NCBI RefSeq assembly: GCF_009834535.1
Contig: NC_045704.1
Coordinates: forward strand, 10,044,001 to 10,108,000
From: Camelus ferus
Taxonomy: Eukaryota
Reading direction: 5' to 3'
Length of the DNA stretch: 64,000 nt
The notes under the pieces are model-generated. The model saw nothing but the letters and a program-made list of their open reading frames with translations. It was not told the DNA's origin and did no database searches. Each line of letters begins with the position of its first letter. Position 1 is the stretch's first letter. The position numbers and the translations under genes were made by a program. Positions 62,451 through 64,000 of this stretch are shown here, in pieces.

Positions 62451-62789
62451 GCATCAGTCCTTATTTTATAGTTGACTTACGAGAGTCCATTTTACAGGTG
62501 GAGGAACGGAGGCTGGGAAAGGACGAGTGATCGATCTACCACTTGAGGTCGCACCTAAAACTCAGTTCTTCCTGCAAGTTCTAACTCTCATTCCAGAGGA
62601 GTTAAGGCCTTCTGTGGACTCTCACAGTGCCCTCTGTGATTTCCATTATAGTGCACATAACATTTTTAACTGCCCTGGTCGGGATCTGTGTTTCCACTAG
62701 AGTGGGAGCTGCCTGAGGGCGGTAATTAAGTCTGACTCCACTCTGTGCCCCTCGATCGTGCAACAAAGGGCCTGGCACAAAATACGTAC

Positions 62790-62856
62790 TACATACATAT
62801 ATATATATAAAATATTATATGTCGTATATTATATATAATATATTACATATATGTAA
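62790..62856. repeat. Interrupted (TA)n low-complexity tract between NDUFA3 and OSCAR
   Basis: acatacatatatatatataaaatattatatgtcgtatattatatataatatattacatatatg. Confidence 0.9.
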
Positions 62857-63069
62857 AGTTTAATGAACACAACCCGTTATGACTACACCCTCTCAAGTTT
62901 GTCCACAGCACCATGGGGCTGTGACACAGCCACCCAGAGGCTCCTCCTCACTCCACTTCGCTCCTCCCTTCCCTAAACAGGACTCTGGCTTTCTGTGGTT
63001 GCCTCATTTCCCAGCAGGGGAGAGGGCAGGCTGAGCCCTGGCTCCTGCTTCAGCCAAGAAGTGCCTACC

Positions 63070-63723
63070 ATGGACCTGGTGCTGATCCTCCAGCTGCTGA
63101 CTCTCTGTGAGACCCCCCACCCTCTTCTCCTGGGGTCCCTGGCTGGGCTGGGGTGCAGATAGACAAGCGCTGGGGACCTGGATGTGGAGGGCAGAGGGGG
63201 CAACGAACAGGACTACCGGGTCCTCCAGAGGGCAGGTGCAGGATGACCAGGGCAGCACAAGCTGAGGGTTCAGAATTCTAGGCCAGAATAACAGGACTGG
63301 GGTTCAGACTCTTGGGTCCTAAGGCAAGAGGACACAGGGACCCTGAATTTCTGGGTTCCTGGAAGAGGAGGAAGTTGAGGGCAGGATTCTGTAGATTTTG
63401 AAGCAGGAGAGGGCTCAGGACCCGAGCTCCTGGGGACAGGGAGTATAGAGTCCTAGATCTTGATCTGGGAGAGAAGCCAGAACACCTGGGTCCTGGGAAA
63501 GGAGGAAACTGGGGGCCCAGACTCCTGTGCTCCAGAGAGGAGAAACTGTGGTCTCAGATTACTGTCTCCTGGAAAAGGTGGAGTCCAGGGGTCTGAACTC
63601 TTGAGTGTAGAGGCCAGAGGAGCTTGGGTCCAAACTTCTTGGGAGCAGCCAAAGGCTTTAACCAGACCAACCCACCTCAACCTTCTACAGGGCCTGTGTG
63701 TCACGCAGACATCACTCCAACTG
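63070..63723 (+). CDS. OSCAR: OSCAR (osteoclast-associated Ig-like receptor), signal-peptide exons 1-2; rest lies beyond the window
   Basis: 63070-63106 (MDLVLILQLLTL, T|GTGAGA) and 63691-63723 (ctacag|GG...G|GTGAGT) join to give MDLVLILQLLTLWPVCHADITPT. This is the split leader typical of LRC receptors, in the expected syntenic position. Confidence 0.9.
63270..63660 (+). repeat. Degenerate MSR1-type array in OSCAR intron 1
   Basis: Repeated gactc(c/t)tgggtcct..gg..gagga units. Confidence 0.7.
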
Positions 63724-64000
63724 GTGAGTAACATCCCCACCCATTCTTCTATTTGTTGCTGACATCCCATTTCCAACTACTCATATTTTATTTTGGTGCC
63801 CATCCTCACCCTAGACTTCCTTAACTTCCCTCCCCGCTCCTTGATTTCTTTCCTTCCATCCTCATTCACTTTGGTAACCAGTACAGGTGAGTAGCAAAGA
63901 CCACGAACTTTGGAGTTTAAGAGACCGAAGCTGGAACCCCACTTCCACCACAGTATTCATTTGTGACTTTGAGCAAACCACTGCACGCTAAGACTTAGTT

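Overview
Mammalian genomic DNA: the gene-dense block MBOAT7(+, 3' end) - TMC4(+) - LENG1(+) - CNOT3(-) - PRPF31(-) - TFPT(+) - NDUFA3(-) - OSCAR(+, 5' end). It is orthologous to the extended leukocyte receptor complex region of human 19q13.42, shown in reverse orientation. Four tRNA-Ala-derived SINEs resembling camelid Vic-1 suggest a camel, alpaca or llama source (inference). I reconstructed exons by hand from splice sites and recalled human protein sequences. TMC4 (703 aa), LENG1 (264 aa), TFPT (253 aa) and NDUFA3 (84 aa) are complete and in frame. CNOT3 and PRPF31 are intact where visible, but some exons fall in N-gaps. Most ORF-track ORFs are GC-rich noise or exon read-through. I found no prokaryote-type system, CRISPR array or convincing new gene. 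The best leads are: (1) a candidate in-frame 66-nt CNOT3 cassette exon inside an apparent alternative-splicing hub in intron 13; (2) an intronic poly(A) signal that could truncate the CNOT3 NOT box, plus antisense overlap with LENG1; (3) MSR1-type 37-bp minisatellites whose G-rich strand follows host-gene direction and flips across the PRPF31/TFPT promoter; (4) dense NF-Y and ZNF143 motif arrays; (5) N-gaps that fall mostly on exons. Repeat-family names and human comparisons are from memory and need database confirmation.
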